A DNA stretch of 64,000 bases from Anolis carolinensis (lineage: Eukaryota). The translations under genes were made by a program, and so were the position numbers. Below, one piece after another: positions 62,762 through 64,000 of this stretch (position 1 is its first letter; every line of letters begins with the position of its first letter). The notes below the pieces were generated by a model that was not told the DNA's origin, ran no database searches, and was given only the letters and a program-made list of their open reading frames with translations. The DNA lies in contig NC_085843.1 in the NCBI RefSeq assembly GCF_035594765.1, positions 195,463,971-195,527,970 of the forward strand, in the 5' to 3' direction.

Positions 62762-63203
62762 ACAATGGTATTCCCCATAGTAACCCATGGGTGTGAGAGC
62801 TGGACCATAAGGAAAGCTGAGCAAAGGAAAATAGATGCTTTTGAACTGTGGTGTTGGAAGAAAATCCTGAGAGTGCCTTGGACCGCAAGAAGATCCAACC
62901 AGTCCATCCTCCAGGAAATAATGCCTGAGTGCTCACTGGATGAAAGGATATTAGAGGCAAAGATGAAGTACTTTGGCCACATAATGAGAAGTCAGGAAAG
63001 CTTGGAAAAGATCATGTTGCTGGGGAAAATGGAAAGTAAAAGGAAGAGAGGCCGACCAAGGTCAAGATGAATGGATGGTATCCTTGAAGGGACTGGTTTG
63101 ACCTTGAAGGAACTGGGGGCGGTGACGGCCGACAGGAAGCTCTGGCATGGACTGCCATGAGGTCACAAAGACTTGGAAATGACTGAATGGATAAACAACA
63201 AAA
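62762..63203 (+). mobile_element. Bov-B (RTE) LINE 3' fragment
   Basis: VFPIVTHGCESWTIRKAEQRKIDAFELWCW..LRVPWTARRSNQSIL; TSD AAGGAACTT (62753-62761/63204-63212). Confidence 0.93.
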
Positions 63204-64000
63204 AAGGAACTTTAAGAAGTTCTTCTGGATCATTTAATTCTTTTCTTTATAAACTCTTTAATCATAGTTAGATAATCACATAATGTTATGCCTCCTGTTA
63301 TACATAGACCTCTGATATACATAAATATGCACATACTTTTCTCAGGCATCACAGTGTGGGGATTGTAGATGTTTTGTTACATTCATGGGAGAAATTGGCA
63401 CAAGTGAATGAACTGTTCACCGATGTTATGATAATGTGACATGGGCTTGAAGGGGTTACAGTGCTGCATGTGGAACAGTCTCTGCTGAACTCTTCACCCT
63501 GCATCGAAGCATTCCAGAGATAAGATGCCTTCCTAGTTAAAAGTGTATGAACTTAATTAGACTGTACATGTCCTCCTTCACCTCAGCCCGTATTTCCAAG
63601 TTACAGAGGAAGATGAAGGGCTTTTCTTTAAAAAGAGGCAGATGCTTAAGAGCTATAACTGCCCAGGCTGGAGGATTCCAGCTATAGATGCACCCGAGGA
63701 ATTTGAGGCCTCTAGAGAGAGTTTTTTCCATTGTGACCTGTGCGCTCACCTTTTTTTTTAAGGAACAGCATGAAGTTTTCCCCTGCTATAATTCATAATC
63801 TGCCTTTGCGGTCAATGCAAATTTCTACCAAGAACAGTGGCTATTTGTAAACCTACCCAATGAGGCCTCAGATTCTGAAAGGGGCACTGGATAAAAAGAA
63901 ACAGTCATTTTGACAACTCTTTTGCCTTTTTTCTGCAAGATCCCCTAGATTAATAGAATTATAGTGCTGGAAGGGACGCCCTGTCAGTACAAGAATCTGC

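Noticed and set aside
63537-63749. 70-aa ORF near the window end
   Set aside because: No recognisable homology or convincing exon boundaries.

Overview
Repeat-dense, AT-rich vertebrate genomic DNA. The transposon mix points to a squamate reptile, most likely Anolis: Sauria SINEs, Bov-B/RTE, CR1, L2, L1, Vingi, R4/Dong, RTE-X-like and Penelope retroelements, plus Tc1/mariner, hAT, Harbinger-like and Helitron-like non-autonomous DNA elements. No host protein-coding exon could be recognised, so the window looks intronic or intergenic, and nearly all listed ORFs are transposon fragments or chance frames. The most striking item is at the window start. A CpG-rich LTR-like sequence (1-574, minus strand, TG start) carries an intact 137-aa acidic ORF ending just before a TATA-like box. 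The ORF contains a bipartite NLS-like segment followed by DIFAAPSDEESFEGF, which fits the LEDGF/TFIIS-N-terminal-domain binding motif (IBM/TIM) and closely resembles the CDCA7L/JPO2 N-terminus. Other highlights are recurrent fold-back templated inverted copies at retroelement junctions, a Penelope palindrome centred on a hammerhead ribozyme core, and composite hAT elements carrying pieces of other transposons. Family names come from motif recognition and memory, not database searches.
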